Source: Myxococcota bacterium (GTDB lineage: Bacteria > Myxococcota_A > UBA9160 > SZUA-336). From it: DNA of 64,000 bases. The position numbers were made by a program, and so were the translations under genes. Numbering within the stretch: position 1 is the stretch's first letter; every line of letters starts with the position of its first letter. The notes beneath the pieces are model-generated. The model saw only the letters and a program-made list of their open reading frames with translations, was not told where the DNA came from and did not search any database. This document shows, piece by piece, positions 50,044 to 61,039 of this stretch. The stretch covers positions 2,080,001-2,144,000 of the forward strand of contig CBDFGR010000002.1 of assembly GCA_965247115.1 (NCBI GenBank), given 5' to 3'.

Positions 50044-50154
50044 GTCGTCGTCCTCCTCGCTTCCTAAGGGTCTCTACCATACACCGGGAGCGGCCGGGTC
50101 GTGAGCTAATCCCGCCCGGAGCCAGCAGCTTCAGTACCAGGTCCGTGGTCGTGT

Positions 50155-52618
50155 CTAGGTGGCCAGGCGCTTGGCTTCGTCGTCGGCGCTCGGCTCTTCG
50201 ATCTTGTAGAGGTCGCGCCCGTTCTCCCACAAGATCTTGCGTCGCACCGACTCCTCGCAGTCCGCGAGCCCGGCGTCGATGCGCTTGTGCACCTCGTCGC
50301 CGTAGAGCGAGGTGGGGTGGGGGAAGTCGGTCTCGAACAGGATGTTGTCGACACCCACCTTGTCGATCAAGCGCCGCGGGGCGACCTGCTCGAACCAGTA
50401 GCAGGCGTAGATGTTACGGGCGAAGTACTCCGAGGGATTCAGCTCGAAGGCGGGGTTCTCCTGGCGCACCCGGTTGCCGTGGAACTGGTAGTCGAGAGCC
50501 TCGAGGGTAAAGGGGATCCAGCCGATGCCGCTCTCCACCGAGACGAACTTGATGTCGGGATAGCGGTTGAGCACCCCCGACATGATGAGGTCGCCCAGGC
50601 ACATGCCGTTCTGCAGGAACAGGTCGACCCCAATGGAGGTGAAGGCCGCCATGCGACCGTAGGTCTCCGTCTTGGAGCGGAACTGCTCGAAGCCGAAGTC
50701 CCCCGAACCGATGTGGAAGCTGATCGGCAGGTTCAGCTCGACCGCGGTCTCCCAGATCGGGTTCCACTGCCGGTCGCCCAGCAGGGGCTGCCCCAGGGTC
50801 TGGGGTGCGCCGCTGAACAGGATGCCGCGGTGCCCCATCTCGGCGCAGCGCCGCACCTCGGCCACCGACGCCTCCACATCCCAGAAGGGCAGCGAGGTGA
50901 TCGGGAGCAGGCGGCGCGAATCGGCCTCGGCCCACTCGCTCTGCCAGTCGTTGTAGATCTGGACGCAGCAGAGCATGAGCTCCGGATCGTTCAGCTTGAG
51001 AAATTCCTGCGCCCCAAAGCCCCCGACGTTCGGGTACATGACCATCGCCCAGATGCCGAGCTGGTCCATGTAGGCGAGACGCGCTTTGGCGTCGTAGGCG
51101 CCCGGGTGCATATCCTCGTAGCGCTTGGGCGGATCGTCGATTGTGCCGACCCCCGCCGTCGCCGTCTCCCCCGGATTCGAGAACATCGACTCACCCCCGA
51201 GCACCCAGCCTAGCAGGCTGCTGAAAAACTCCTCATCGAAGGGTACCTTGGGAGCGAGCCCCAAAGGGGGAGGCGTGAGAGGACAGGGGACGCTTCAGGG
51301 CGGGATGTTCAGCTACGTGTCGCTGGAGTCGCGGATTCCGGATGATCATCCGCTTCGAGCGATGCGGCGCATGGTCGACACGGCGCTGCAGCGGCTATCG
51401 CCGCGCTTCGACGCGATCTACGCCAGAGGCGTAGGGCGCCCGTCCGTGCCCCCGGAGCAGCTGCTGCGCGCCCTGCTGCTGCAGGTGCTCTACACCATCC
51501 GGAGCGAGCGGCAGCTGGTGGAGCAGCTGGAGTACAACCTGCTGTATCGCTGGTTCGTGGGTCTGGAGCTTGACGAGGTGGTGTTCAGCGCCACGGTGTT
51601 CACGAAGAACCGAGACCGGCTGCTCAAGGGCGAGATTGCCGAGCACTTCTTCGACGCAGTGCTGGAGCAGGCCGAGACCGAGGGATGGGTGTCGTTGGAG
51701 CACTTCACGGTAGACGGGACGCTGATCGAGGCGTGGGCGAGCCAGAAGAGCTTCGTACGGAAGGACGAGGAACGGAGAGACGACGATGACCCGGGCAACC
51801 CGACGGTGAACTTCCGAGGCGAGAAGCGGAGCAACCAGACGCATGCGTCGACGACGGATCCCGACGCACGACTCGCCGGTATGAGAGGCCAAGGCGCCCG
51901 ACTCGCGTACCAGGGACACGTGGTGACGGAGAACCGGAACGGCTTGGTGGTCGCGGCGAAGCTCACGCAGGCGTCGGGATATGCGGAGCGCGAAGCGGCG
52001 CTCGAGATGGTGGAAGGTCTGGGAGGCGGGCGTCGGAGGACATTGGGCGGAGACAAGGGCTTCGACACGAAGGGGTTCGTGGAAGAGCTTCGAGAGTTGG
52101 GCGTGACCCCACACGTGGCGCAGAACACGACGAATCGACGCAGCGCGATCGACGGGCGGACGACGCGCCACCGGGGCTACGAACTGAGTCAGCGTTTTCG
52201 CAAACGGGTGGAAGAGGTCTTCGGCTGGATGAAGACCGTGGGGCTGATGCGCAAGACCCGACACCGCGGCACGGATCGGGTCGGCTGGGTCTTCACCTTC
52301 ACGGCCGCAGCCTACAACCTGATCCGGATCCGCAAGCTGCTGGAGGCCACGTAGGTCATGTGCGAAACCGCCCCGCGATCAGCGGAGCCCAAGACCGGTT
52401 CGAACCGGGAATCGCGCCCCGCCCCTCGGCCGGTGAACCCCCTCGTCGGAAGGACCACCCCTCAACCAGTCACTTTCTCCGCAGCCTGCTAGGCTCCCGT
52501 CGGCGTTCTTCTCGACGCGCGGGACGCGGTCGCGCATCGAGGCCGGAGCGCGGCTGGTCCAGAGGTCTGGGGTCTCGGTGACGTGGGTGTCGGCATCGAT
52601 GATGGTGTAGCCGCTCAT
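50155..52618 (-). pseudogene. Amidohydrolase (copy of 24226..25410) disrupted by IS5 copy 4
   Basis: NADGSL|GWVLGG split at CTAG. Confidence 0.92.
51214..52488 (+). mobile_element. IS5-family element, copy 4 (transposase 51275..52354)
   Basis: CTAG at 51210-51213 and 52489-52492; the empty site is visible at 24352-24355. Confidence 0.95.
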
Positions 52619-52886
52619 GGCGATGTCCTCGCGGATGAAGGTTCGGACCCGAGACGCGGCCAGTATACCACCGCTCCACACCTGGAACTACCCCGGTTCC
52701 GTGGACCGCTGAGCGCTGAGGATACTCCTCGGGTGCTCGTGGCTGATGTCTTTGATCTTCTATCCAAAGGACTCCCCTGACTCGGCCCCGAAGCGCGCAG
52801 CCCGCCGTCCAGCTCGGCCTGCTTGTCATCGTGGATCTTGGTCGTGTAGCATGAATTCGCCTTAGCGAGTAGAGGAGGAGAGGGAA

Positions 52887-53975
52887 TTGGAGTTCGGTGT
52901 TTTTTCCACGATTGATGTTCGGCCGGACTGCGGGCAAACCGAGGTGAGCGCAACCGAGAATTTCTTGACGCAGTGTGAGTATGCGGACGAGTTGGAGTAC
53001 GACAGCGTCTGGCTTGCCGAGCAGCGGTTCTTCCCGGAATACTCGTGTTCGCCGGCGCCGGAACTGATGGCGGCGGCCTTGAGCCAGCGGACCCGCCGCG
53101 TCCGGATCGGGTTTGCCGTTCTGCTGATTCCCTACCATCATCCAATTCACACGGCGGGGAAGATCGCGACGCTGGATATCCTGACCCAGGGGCGGGTGGA
53201 CTTTGGCTTGGGGCGGGGAGTACAGCATGTGGAAGCCGAAGCGTTGGGTGTGTCGATGGAGGACAGCCGCGAGATCTTCGCTGAGCACCTTGAGGTTGTC
53301 CTCAAGGCGTGGACACAGGAGAAGTTCACGCACCGGGGAGTGCACTACGATATTCCCGAGAATCTCCGAGATGCGCGAGGCCGCGAGATTTCCATCATTC
53401 CCAAGCCGGTGCAGAAGCCGTACCCACCGGTGTGGATCGCGGCCGTTTCACGCAAGACCCCGGATATCGTCGGGAACATGGGGCACGGTCTGCTATTGAA
53501 CTCGCACTACGCCACGTTTAAGCAGATAGAGGGGTGGATCAAAACCTATCGAGCGGCCTTCAAGCAAGCTGGGCATAGCCACAAGCCCCGAATCGGCGTG
53601 CTGTCGGAGCTGTATGTAGACACGACGCAGAAGCAAGCACAGGAAGTCGCCGAGAAGTGCTTCCTCTGGAGCGCGAAGTACTCGGGTCAGATCGTCAAGA
53701 GCCTGGGGGCCAAACCAATCAAGAGCTACGAGGACTACTACAAGCTAACCAAGGCGGGAGGAATGCCGGACGACAAGATGACCTTCAAGGCGATGCAGGA
53801 AGTCAATTCGATCATCGTTGGCGACGCGGACTACTGCATCGACAGACTGAAGGCCTTCGAAGGACTGGGGGTAGACCTGCAAATCTCCTGGACACAGAGC
53901 GGCGGGATGCCACACCAGAAGGTGATGGACTCGATGAGGCTATTCTCGGACAAGGTCATCCCGGCCCTTCGCTAG
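52887..53975 (+). CDS. Luciferase-like (LLM) monooxygenase, paralog B
   Basis: Near-identical to 22884..23957 with divergent C-terminal patches. Confidence 0.9.
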   Translation: MEFGVFSTIDVRPDCGQTEVSATENFLTQCEYADELEYDSVWLAEQRFFPEYSCSPAPELMAAALSQRTRRVRIGFAVLLIPYHHPIHTAGKIATLDILTQGRVDFGLGRGVQHVEAEALGVSMEDSREIFAEHLEVVLKAWTQEKFTHRGVHYDIPENLRDARGREISIIPKPVQKPYPPVWIAAVSRKTPDIVGNMGHGLLLNSHYATFKQIEGWIKTYRAAFKQAGHSHKPRIGVLSELYVDTTQKQAQEVAEKCFLWSAKYSGQIVKSLGAKPIKSYEDYYKLTKAGGMPDDKMTFKAMQEVNSIIVGDADYCIDRLKAFEGLGVDLQISWTQSGGMPHQKVMDSMRLFSDKVIPALR

Positions 53976-54017
53976 ACCGCAGCGCTTCGGGTGAGCCGAT
54001 TGAAGAGCCCGCTGTCC

Positions 54018-54188
54018 GGGGTCCGACTTCGACGGCGCGCCGTGGTTCCCCGAGGGTCTCGAGGACGTCGGCGACCTACCAACCTGACGCGCACGCTCGT
54101 GCGGCGCGGCTACGGCGAGGCGGACGTGCGCAAGGTTCTGGGCGAGAACATCCTGCGCGTCTTGGCGGAGGCGGAGCGCCCCCGCTAG
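54018..54188 (+). pseudogene. Membrane dipeptidase (M19) C-terminal fragment
   Basis: GSDFDG...NLTRTLVRRGYGEADVRKVLGENILRVL. Confidence 0.7.
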
Positions 54189-54189
54189 A

Positions 54190-54633
54190 TCACATCTTGG
54201 TGTAGTCCTCGGTGCGCCAGCGCTCGGGGCGCATGAAGATCACCACGAGGTCGTCGCCCATCGGCTTGACTATCTGCTCGAGGTACTGATCGCCACCCTC
54301 GGTTCCCAGGTAGCGGTGCGTCAGGGGACGTTGGTCCTTCTCCATTTCGGCCGGGCGCACCTCCGTGACCGGCCCCGAGACCGACACGTACCGTTGGTCG
54401 GGCGGTTCATCCTTCTGGACGACCAGCGTGAAGGTGCCCCTGCGCTTGGCCAAGCGAGCCTTGGCGGACGTGCGACCCGTCACGAACGAGACGGACCCGC
54501 CGGGTTGGTAGTCGTACCAAACCGGCACCGCCAGCGGGGCCGCGTCGCCCTTCCGCGCGATACACACGACGCCGACGCGCACTTCGGCCAGAAACTGCTC
54601 CCGTTCCGCCTGGGTCATATCGAGTCTGGACAT
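54190..54633 (-). CDS. Pyridoxamine 5'-phosphate oxidase-like (flavin/F420-binding split barrel) protein
   Basis: MTQAEREQFLA, PLAVPVWYDY, RYVSVSGPV, MRPERW. Confidence 0.85.
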   Translation of the reverse strand: MSRLDMTQAEREQFLAEVRVGVVCIARKGDAAPLAVPVWYDYQPGGSVSFVTGRTSAKARLAKRRGTFTLVVQKDEPPDQRYVSVSGPVTEVRPAEMEKDQRPLTHRYLGTEGGDQYLEQIVKPMGDDLVVIFMRPERWRTEDYTKM

Positions 54634-54766
54634 GCGCCTAGTTTACGCGCTCACGCGGCGGGGCGCGACCTCAGCGGCGAAGCGCTGCAACGCACTCCGG
54701 CCCGCGATGGCCACCGTCCCGGAACCTCTCTGATCGGAATCAGTTCGCCTTATGGTTTTGGGAGCC

Positions 54767-54820
54767 GGTCAGCTGGCGTACGTCGCCGACGGCGAGTCTG
54801 GCTTGCGGGTGATCGACGTA
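54767..54820 (+). pseudogene. Isolated LVIVD-repeat scrap
   Basis: GQLAYVADGESGLRVIDV. Confidence 0.5.
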
Positions 54821-54855
54821 GGCCGGCTCGGACTCTAGCTCCGAGCCGGGCGGCG

Positions 54856-56820
54856 TCAGCGCACGTCGAGATCTGCGAAGTTTGGTTCCCGCAGCAAGTT
54901 CCACATCTCCAACGATGTCAGCGGATTCTGCGTCGCGGACCGGCCGAACCTCGTCCAGTAGTAGTTCTCCGCGCGGGGATCGCTCCACGCCATGCGCCGG
55001 TTGCGCTCGTCGATCATCTCGTTGTAGCGCCGGTAGGGCTCCTCTTTGACGTCGATCGACTTCTTGTCGTCGAGAATGAGCCGCTCGATACATTTGAGCG
55101 CGTAGAACGTTTCCAGTTCCTGGAACGCGGGCACCAGCAGGCCCCCGTTTGTATTGGGACCATACAACGTCCACAGATTGGGGCAGCCCGGGATCATAGC
55201 GCCCACGTAGCCCTGTGCACCCGTCTGCGCCCAAAGTTTCTCGACGGTCATGCCACCACGGCCGGTGATCGACATCGGGAACAGGTACTCGGTCGCCTTG
55301 AACCCCGTCGCGTAAACAATGGCATCCACCTCGTGGACCGTACCGTCCTCGGTCTCCACGCCCGTTTCGGTGATCCCGCGGATGCCATCCACGACTAGCG
55401 TAACGTTGTCGCGCTGGATGGCGTCGAGAAAGCTGTACGCGGGATCGACCAACACCGGCCGCGCCGATAGAACGGGGTGCTCTGGCGTCATCTTCTCGAT
55501 CAGGTGCGCGTCCCCGAGCTTCTCTTCGAGGAACGCGATGCAGTCGTCGCGAGCGGCTTTGTTGATTGGGCTCACCGCGTGCTCGTCCTGGAAGTCCGGA
55601 TCGATCTTGGTGAGGCCGATGAACCCCTCTGCAAAGCTCGCCGCGACGCGCATGCGCAGGAAGTTCGCGTAGTACGGCAAGTTCCGATCCAGCCAGGGCA
55701 CCTGCGGGGGGAACGGCGACCGGTAGCCCGGCACCTGGAAGAGCCACTGGGGCGTGCGCTGAAAGACGGTGACCTGGTCCGCCTCGAGCGCCAGCTCCGG
55801 GACCAGCTGAATACCCGTACAGCCCGTGCCGATGACCGCCACACGCTTGCCGGTCGGATCGAACTCTGCCGGCCAGCGTGCCGTGTGCCAGGACGGACCC
55901 TTGAAACGCTCCATGCCGGGGATCTCCGGCGTATTCGGGCGATTGAGGAAGCCCACCGCGGTAATCACCGCGTTCGAGCGCAGCGTGCGCTTACCCTCCG
56001 GGCCGTCGACCGTGATCTCCCACATTGAAGCCGCTTCGTCCCATACCAACGAGCAGACTTCCGTTTCGAAGGTGATGTCACCGCGCACGTTGAACGTGTC
56101 GGCCACCCAGTCGAAGTACTTCTGGTTCTCGGTCCAAGGACAGAACGCATACGGGTAGCTGTAGTCGACGCCGAAGATGTGCGAGTAAAGCCGGCTTGGG
56201 GTGTCGACGCGCGCACCCGGGTAGCGGTTCTCGTACCAGGTGCCGCCGACACCATCGTTCTTCTCGATTACCCAGAACGGAATCCCGGCTCGCTTGAGCT
56301 GAATGGCTGCGTTGAGGCCTCCCATTCCGGCGCCGATCACGGTGACCGAGAAATCCTCGAGTCGCTGCGGCGCAGGCTCCTGCGACCATTCCAGACCGCG
56401 AGCCCATGGATTCAGTGCCAGTTCTTCGAGCCACAGCTCGATCGAGTCGGGCTCGAGTTCAGTGCCGATGGTCAGGGCCATACTCGTCGGCAGACGGTCC
56501 CTAGGACCAATGCCAAGTTCGCTGGCACCGCTGTCCCGATAGGATCTGAGGAATTCGGCTGCTTTGCGGCGGACGAGCGCTGCGTCTTCCTCACCCAGTT
56601 CCATGGCGGCGAAGAAGCCGTTGCCGCCTCTCCTCGAGGGAGTCGTTGTCGCAAGCTGCGGATCGCCAGTGAGCTGATAGATCAGCCCCCTGAGCGCCAT
56701 CGGGTCGGCGAATTCTGTCGCCTCCTCGATCGTCGCATCATTCGCCGCAAGCAACTCTTCGCGAGCCCCAGCGTCCGCCACCCAGCCGTTCTCACTCCGG
56801 TCCTTGATCGGTTCAGTCAT
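54856..56820 (-). CDS. Baeyer-Villiger monooxygenase with N-terminal extension (4-hydroxyacetophenone monooxygenase-like)
   Basis: GAGMGG, GGTWYENRYPG, FKGPSWHTARWP fingerprint, GTGCTG, ATGF. Confidence 0.92.
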   Translation of the reverse strand: MTEPIKDRSENGWVADAGAREELLAANDATIEEATEFADPMALRGLIYQLTGDPQLATTTPSRRGGNGFFAAMELGEEDAALVRRKAAEFLRSYRDSGASELGIGPRDRLPTSMALTIGTELEPDSIELWLEELALNPWARGLEWSQEPAPQRLEDFSVTVIGAGMGGLNAAIQLKRAGIPFWVIEKNDGVGGTWYENRYPGARVDTPSRLYSHIFGVDYSYPYAFCPWTENQKYFDWVADTFNVRGDITFETEVCSLVWDEAASMWEITVDGPEGKRTLRSNAVITAVGFLNRPNTPEIPGMERFKGPSWHTARWPAEFDPTGKRVAVIGTGCTGIQLVPELALEADQVTVFQRTPQWLFQVPGYRSPFPPQVPWLDRNLPYYANFLRMRVAASFAEGFIGLTKIDPDFQDEHAVSPINKAARDDCIAFLEEKLGDAHLIEKMTPEHPVLSARPVLVDPAYSFLDAIQRDNVTLVVDGIRGITETGVETEDGTVHEVDAIVYATGFKATEYLFPMSITGRGGMTVEKLWAQTGAQGYVGAMIPGCPNLWTLYGPNTNGGLLVPAFQELETFYALKCIERLILDDKKSIDVKEEPYRRYNEMIDERNRRMAWSDPRAENYYWTRFGRSATQNPLTSLEMWNLLREPNFADLDVR

Positions 56821-57020
56821 TGGTTGACCTCAGGCGCGGTGGCCCGAAAGCTCCGTTTCCCGAGGTCCCCTTTCCAACCGTGCGTGCGGATTACCCGCAC
56901 ACGGCTGACCGATGGTCTTCTCACGTCGCATGCACACCTCCAGGATAGTGTACGGTACCGAGCAGTCGATAGAGGCCGTGGTCTTCCACAAGGCGCTTAT
57001 GGGGCCACTCCCGTGGATTG
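56819..57020 (-). mobile_element. Group II intron 3' remnant (maturase tail, domains V and VI)
   Basis: DHGLYRLLGTVHYP*; D5 CAGCCGTGTGCGGGTAATCCGCACGCACGGTTG at 56875-56907; D6 stem GACCTCGGG/CCTGAGGTC; ends ACCAAT. Confidence 0.85.
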
Positions 57021-57059
57021 CAGCGTGGACGCCGGCGGCCACCCCGCTGTGCCAGGAGC

Positions 57060-57276
57060 CGCACCAGGCGATCCCTGACCAGGTGCTGGGCCACAGCCGC
57101 TACGCCTCCAGCTCGTGGAACTCCCGGCCCGTGTACCGGGCCACATCGACCGCAAGGCCCTCGACCCACTCGTAGGCCTCGCGGAGCAGCGGTGCCGGGG
57201 CCGGCGTCGGGTCGGCTTCGAGGAGGGAGGTGTAGGTCGGGCCCGTGGAGCGCGCCTGTCCCCGTGTCGCGGTCAT
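57060..57276 (-). pseudogene. Rieske ring-hydroxylating oxygenase alpha subunit, N-terminal fragment
   Basis: VDVARYTGREFHELEA*RLWPSTW with an internal stop. Confidence 0.6.
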
Positions 57277-57407
57277 CCTGTCTCCCCAGTGGCACCGGAC
57301 GTCGGCGGGTCTTGAATACCAGATGAGTTGGGACTCGTGTCGTTCGCCTTTAAATAGTTCGGGAACGACGCCTATAATGCTTCCACCTAGTGAAGGGAGG
57401 CTTCCCC

Positions 57408-57719
57408 ATGGCCGAGTATGACCTGCACATTCGCGGCGGCACGATCGTGGACGGGACGAGGGTTCGCGGGTGACCTCTGGGTGAAGGACGGACGGATCGC
57501 GCAGATCGGCGGTCGGGCCCCGGGCGCCGCCGCGCGCGAGGTCGACGCTGGCGGACACATCGTCGCCCCCGGCTTCGTGGACCTTCACACCCACTACGAC
57601 GCCCAGATCCGCTGGGACCCGTGGTGTACGATCTCCGGCTGGCACGGGGTGACCTCCGTCGTGCTCGGGAACTGCGGGTTCGGGTTCGCACCGGTCCGAC
57701 CCGAGTTCCGGGAGCGCTC
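57408..57719 (+). pseudogene. D-aminoacylase 5' fragment (inverted copy of about 34522..34840, 10-bp deletion)
   Basis: MAEYDLHIRGGTIVDGT...DLHTHYDAQ. Confidence 0.85.
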
Positions 57720-58229
57720 GCGGCGCGCGGGACGGTCTTCGACCGCGCCTACGTGGCCAATCCGATCTGCATGCCCAACCGCTGCAGTATCCTCACCGGC
57801 CGCCTGCCGTCCGCACACCGCGTCATCTCGAACGATCGCTCGCTCGCCCTCAACAGCCGCACGTTCGCGCGAGCGCTGCGCGAGGCGTCGTACCGGACGG
57901 CGCTCGTCGGGAAATCTCACATCCAGCACGGGATGAGTCGCGGCAGCCGCCGGGCGGCCACCCTCGCGTCGCCGCTCGGCGACCCCTTCGAACCGGCTGG
58001 GACTCCTGGGAGGATCCGGACCGCTACCTCGATGCCGAGTTAGAGGTGCCGCCGGACTTCTACGGCTTCGGAAGCCTCCGGCGTCGAGTACACTAAAGAC
58101 ATGAAAGCGCTGGTGATCGGCGGAACGCGTCGAGCGCCGGTGTCCGGACCGTCGGGTTGCCGCCACAGCCGGTGTGGTCCGCGCCCTGCTGGTCGGTGAG
58201 AATCAGGAGGACGTTGGGTCTCGGTTTCA
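57714..58229. pseudogene. Sulfatase broken by an inversion: N-terminus on - (58125..58229), continuation on + (57714..58075)
   Basis: RPNVLLILTDQQ...VRTPALDA (-) and LAARGTVFDRAYVANPICMPNRCSILTGR (+, CxPxR). Confidence 0.8.
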
Positions 58230-58275
58230 CCGCCGGCGTCGATTCTAACAGGATCCGCGGATCAGGGGAGTAGAG

Positions 58276-60456
58276 ATGACCGTTTTGCCTCGGTGGTTGG
58301 GTTTGTTTCTCGTCGGTGCTCTGAGCGCGGCGTGTTCGCAGGAGGGCGGTGAGGCGACGCCCTCGGGCGCGGGCGCCGAGCTGGCTTCCGCTCAGGACGG
58401 CGCGCCGGCGCCCACGCTCGCGCTGATCGACGACGCGCGCATCCGGAACGCCGAAAGTGAGCCCGGCAACTGGCTCGCGTACGGGCGCACCTTCGAGGAG
58501 CAGCGCTTCTCGCCGCTCGACCAGATCGACCGCGAGACCGTCGCGCGGCTCGGGCTGGCCTACGCGGTGGACCTCGGGACGAACCAGCCGCTCGAGGCGA
58601 CCCCGATCGTGGTCGACGGCACGATCTTCTTTTCGAGCGCCTGGAACATCGTCTACGCCCTCGACGCGGCCACGGGCGCGGAGCGCTGGCGCTACGACCC
58701 GCAGGTGCCGCGGGAGTTCATGCGCAAGGCGTGCTGCGGCCCGGTCAGTCGCGGCGTCGCGGTCTACGGGGGACGCGTCTACGCGGCGACCCTCGAGGGG
58801 CGCCTGCTCGCACTCGACGCGGCCACCGGCGAGAAGGTGTGGGAGGTCGATACCGTCACCGACCACACCCGGAACTACTCCATCACGGGGGCCCCGCGGG
58901 CCGCCGGAGGCAAAGTCTTCATCGGCAACGGCGGCGCCGACTTCGGCGTGCGCGGCTATGTCACGGCGTACGACGCCGAGACCGGCGAGCAAGTCTGGCG
59001 CTTCTTCACCGTGCCCGGCAATCCGGCCGAGCCCTTCGAGCACCCGGAGCTGGAGCTCGCGGCAGAGACCTGGAAGGGGGGCGAGTGGTGGAAGATCGGC
59101 GGCGGAGGCACCGCGTGGAACTCGCTCGTGTACGACCCCGACTTCAACCACTTGTACATCGGAGTGGGCAACGGCGCGCCGTGGACGCGCGTCATCCGCT
59201 CCCCCGGCGGCGGCGACAACCTATTTCTCGCGGCCATCGTCGCGGTCGACGCCGATACGGGTCGTATGAAGTGGTACTACCAGACCACGCCCGGCGAAAA
59301 CTGGGACTACACGTCGGTGCAGGACATGATGCTCGCGGAAATGGAGGTCGACGGGAAGGCGCGGAAGGTACTCATGCAGGCGCCAAAGAACGGCTTCTTC
59401 TACGTGATCGATCGCTCCGACGGCACGCTCCTCCGCGCGAACCCCTTCGTGGCAGTGACGTGGGCCACACACGTGGATCTGGAGACGGGCCGTCCCGTCG
59501 AGAACCCCGACCTCGACTACGTCGACTCTCCGAAGTGGATCCTCCCCGGGGCGCTCGGAGGCCACAACTGGCAGGCCATGTCGTACGACGCCGAAGCTGG
59601 GCTCGTCTACCTCCCGGCTCAGGACCGGCCGGTCCTCTACGCGCTGGACGACGAGTTCAAGGAGACCGGCTTCTACAAGCGCAACGAGAGTACTCTCAAC
59701 TACGGCCTCGAGTTCGCACTGGCGGACGAGACACCGGGTGAGACCGAGTCGCGGGGGTACCTTAAGGCCTTTGATCCCCTCACTGGCGAAGAGCGCTGGG
59801 TCGTAGAGCACGCGCACCACTGGAATGGCGGAGTCCTGGCCACCGCCGGGGGGCTGGTGTTCCAGGGCGACGGGATGGGTTTCGTCACCGCCTACGATTC
59901 GAGCGACGGCAACCCTCTCTGGCGCTTCAACGCCTACACCTCCATCCTCGCGCCGCCGATCAGCTTCGCGCTTGACGGAGTCCAGCACATCGCCCTGCTG
60001 ACCGGCGGCGGCAGCGACTACTTCGACGGTCTGGTCAACGAGACCGCGACGGTCAAGTATGGGAACTTCGGCCGGCTCCTCGTGTTCAAGCTCGACGGCG
60101 ACGCGGAGCTCTCCGCGCCGACCGTCCTCGATCGGCGCATCCCTGAGCAAGCCCCCGTCACCGCGTCGGCTGCGGACCTGAAGCGCGGCGAGGAGCTCTA
60201 CACGCTGGTGTGTGCCTATTGCCACGGCGTCCTGGCGAAGTCGAACGGGGTCCTTCCGGACCTGCGGCTGATGACGGACGAGCGACATGCCGCGTTCAAC
60301 GACATCGTGCTCGGCGGGGCCCTGCGCGGGAACGGCATGGCGTCCTTCGCGGACTTCCTGAACGAGGCCGACGCAGAGCGCGTCCATACCTACATCATCT
60401 CGCGCGCGGCGATCGACCGGGCCGAGGCGCTCGCGGAGGCGAACGCAGGGGACTAG
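58276..60456 (+). CDS. PQQ-dependent quinohemoprotein alcohol dehydrogenase (type II), probable lipoprotein
   Basis: LSAAC lipobox, EQRFSPL, vicinal CC, WDYT, C-terminal CAYCH heme motif. Confidence 0.93.
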   Translation: MTVLPRWLGLFLVGALSAACSQEGGEATPSGAGAELASAQDGAPAPTLALIDDARIRNAESEPGNWLAYGRTFEEQRFSPLDQIDRETVARLGLAYAVDLGTNQPLEATPIVVDGTIFFSSAWNIVYALDAATGAERWRYDPQVPREFMRKACCGPVSRGVAVYGGRVYAATLEGRLLALDAATGEKVWEVDTVTDHTRNYSITGAPRAAGGKVFIGNGGADFGVRGYVTAYDAETGEQVWRFFTVPGNPAEPFEHPELELAAETWKGGEWWKIGGGGTAWNSLVYDPDFNHLYIGVGNGAPWTRVIRSPGGGDNLFLAAIVAVDADTGRMKWYYQTTPGENWDYTSVQDMMLAEMEVDGKARKVLMQAPKNGFFYVIDRSDGTLLRANPFVAVTWATHVDLETGRPVENPDLDYVDSPKWILPGALGGHNWQAMSYDAEAGLVYLPAQDRPVLYALDDEFKETGFYKRNESTLNYGLEFALADETPGETESRGYLKAFDPLTGEERWVVEHAHHWNGGVLATAGGLVFQGDGMGFVTAYDSSDGNPLWRFNAYTSILAPPISFALDGVQHIALLTGGGSDYFDGLVNETATVKYGNFGRLLVFKLDGDAELSAPTVLDRRIPEQAPVTASAADLKRGEELYTLVCAYCHGVLAKSNGVLPDLRLMTDERHAAFNDIVLGGALRGNGMASFADFLNEADAERVHTYIISRAAIDRAEALAEANAGD

Positions 60457-60677
60457 AGCGGCGCCTTCGGAGGTAGGTCGGGCGGGAGCCCTGCAGGGAC
60501 CGGACCCCCACCCCCAGGTACGAACCGCCGTGCGCGGCGACCGCCGCATCGGCGAGCGCGAGGAGGAGCGTCACGCCTCGGGCACCCGCTTGACCGCCCG
60601 GACCAGCAGGGGCTTGGGGACGCTCGACACGCCGGACACGTCGCCGTCCGCGTCTAGCACGAAGCTCGGGGGGCGCC

Positions 60678-61015
60678 CGGCTTCGCGGCCAGGGCTGCCT
60701 CGGTTTCGACCAGGCCGGTCAGGCGGAAGTGGCTTCCGCGCGTTTCGTTGAGCCACGCCAGGGCGGCGTCGGCCGGAAGTCTCAGCTGCGGAGGGATGTC
60801 TTCGAGCAGTTGTAGACGTCAGGCTCCCGGCGCGTACCCGTGGCGCAACAGCTTGCCCGGGGTCGCGCCGGTGCACTTGCCGTCCGCGAACGTGACCTCG
60901 CCGTTGACGACGATGGCGCGGTAGCCGATCGCGTGCTGCACGCGGCGCCACTCGCCTCCCGGGAAGTCGTGGGCGACCTCGCCGGTCCAGCGCGGGGAGA
61001 TGTCGAGCGCGTCCA
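60678..61015 (-). repeat. Direct copy of about 32947..33286 (D-aminoacylase 3' end plus selenoprotein 5' region)
   Basis: Sequence identical by eye. Confidence 0.88.
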
Positions 61016-61039
61016 GAGGCCGCGACCCGGGATGCCCTG

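Noticed and set aside
59280..59330. Lanthanide-dependent PQQ dehydrogenase
   Set aside because: The motif is WDYT rather than the D-x-D of lanthanide enzymes, consistent with a Ca-dependent type II QH-ADH.
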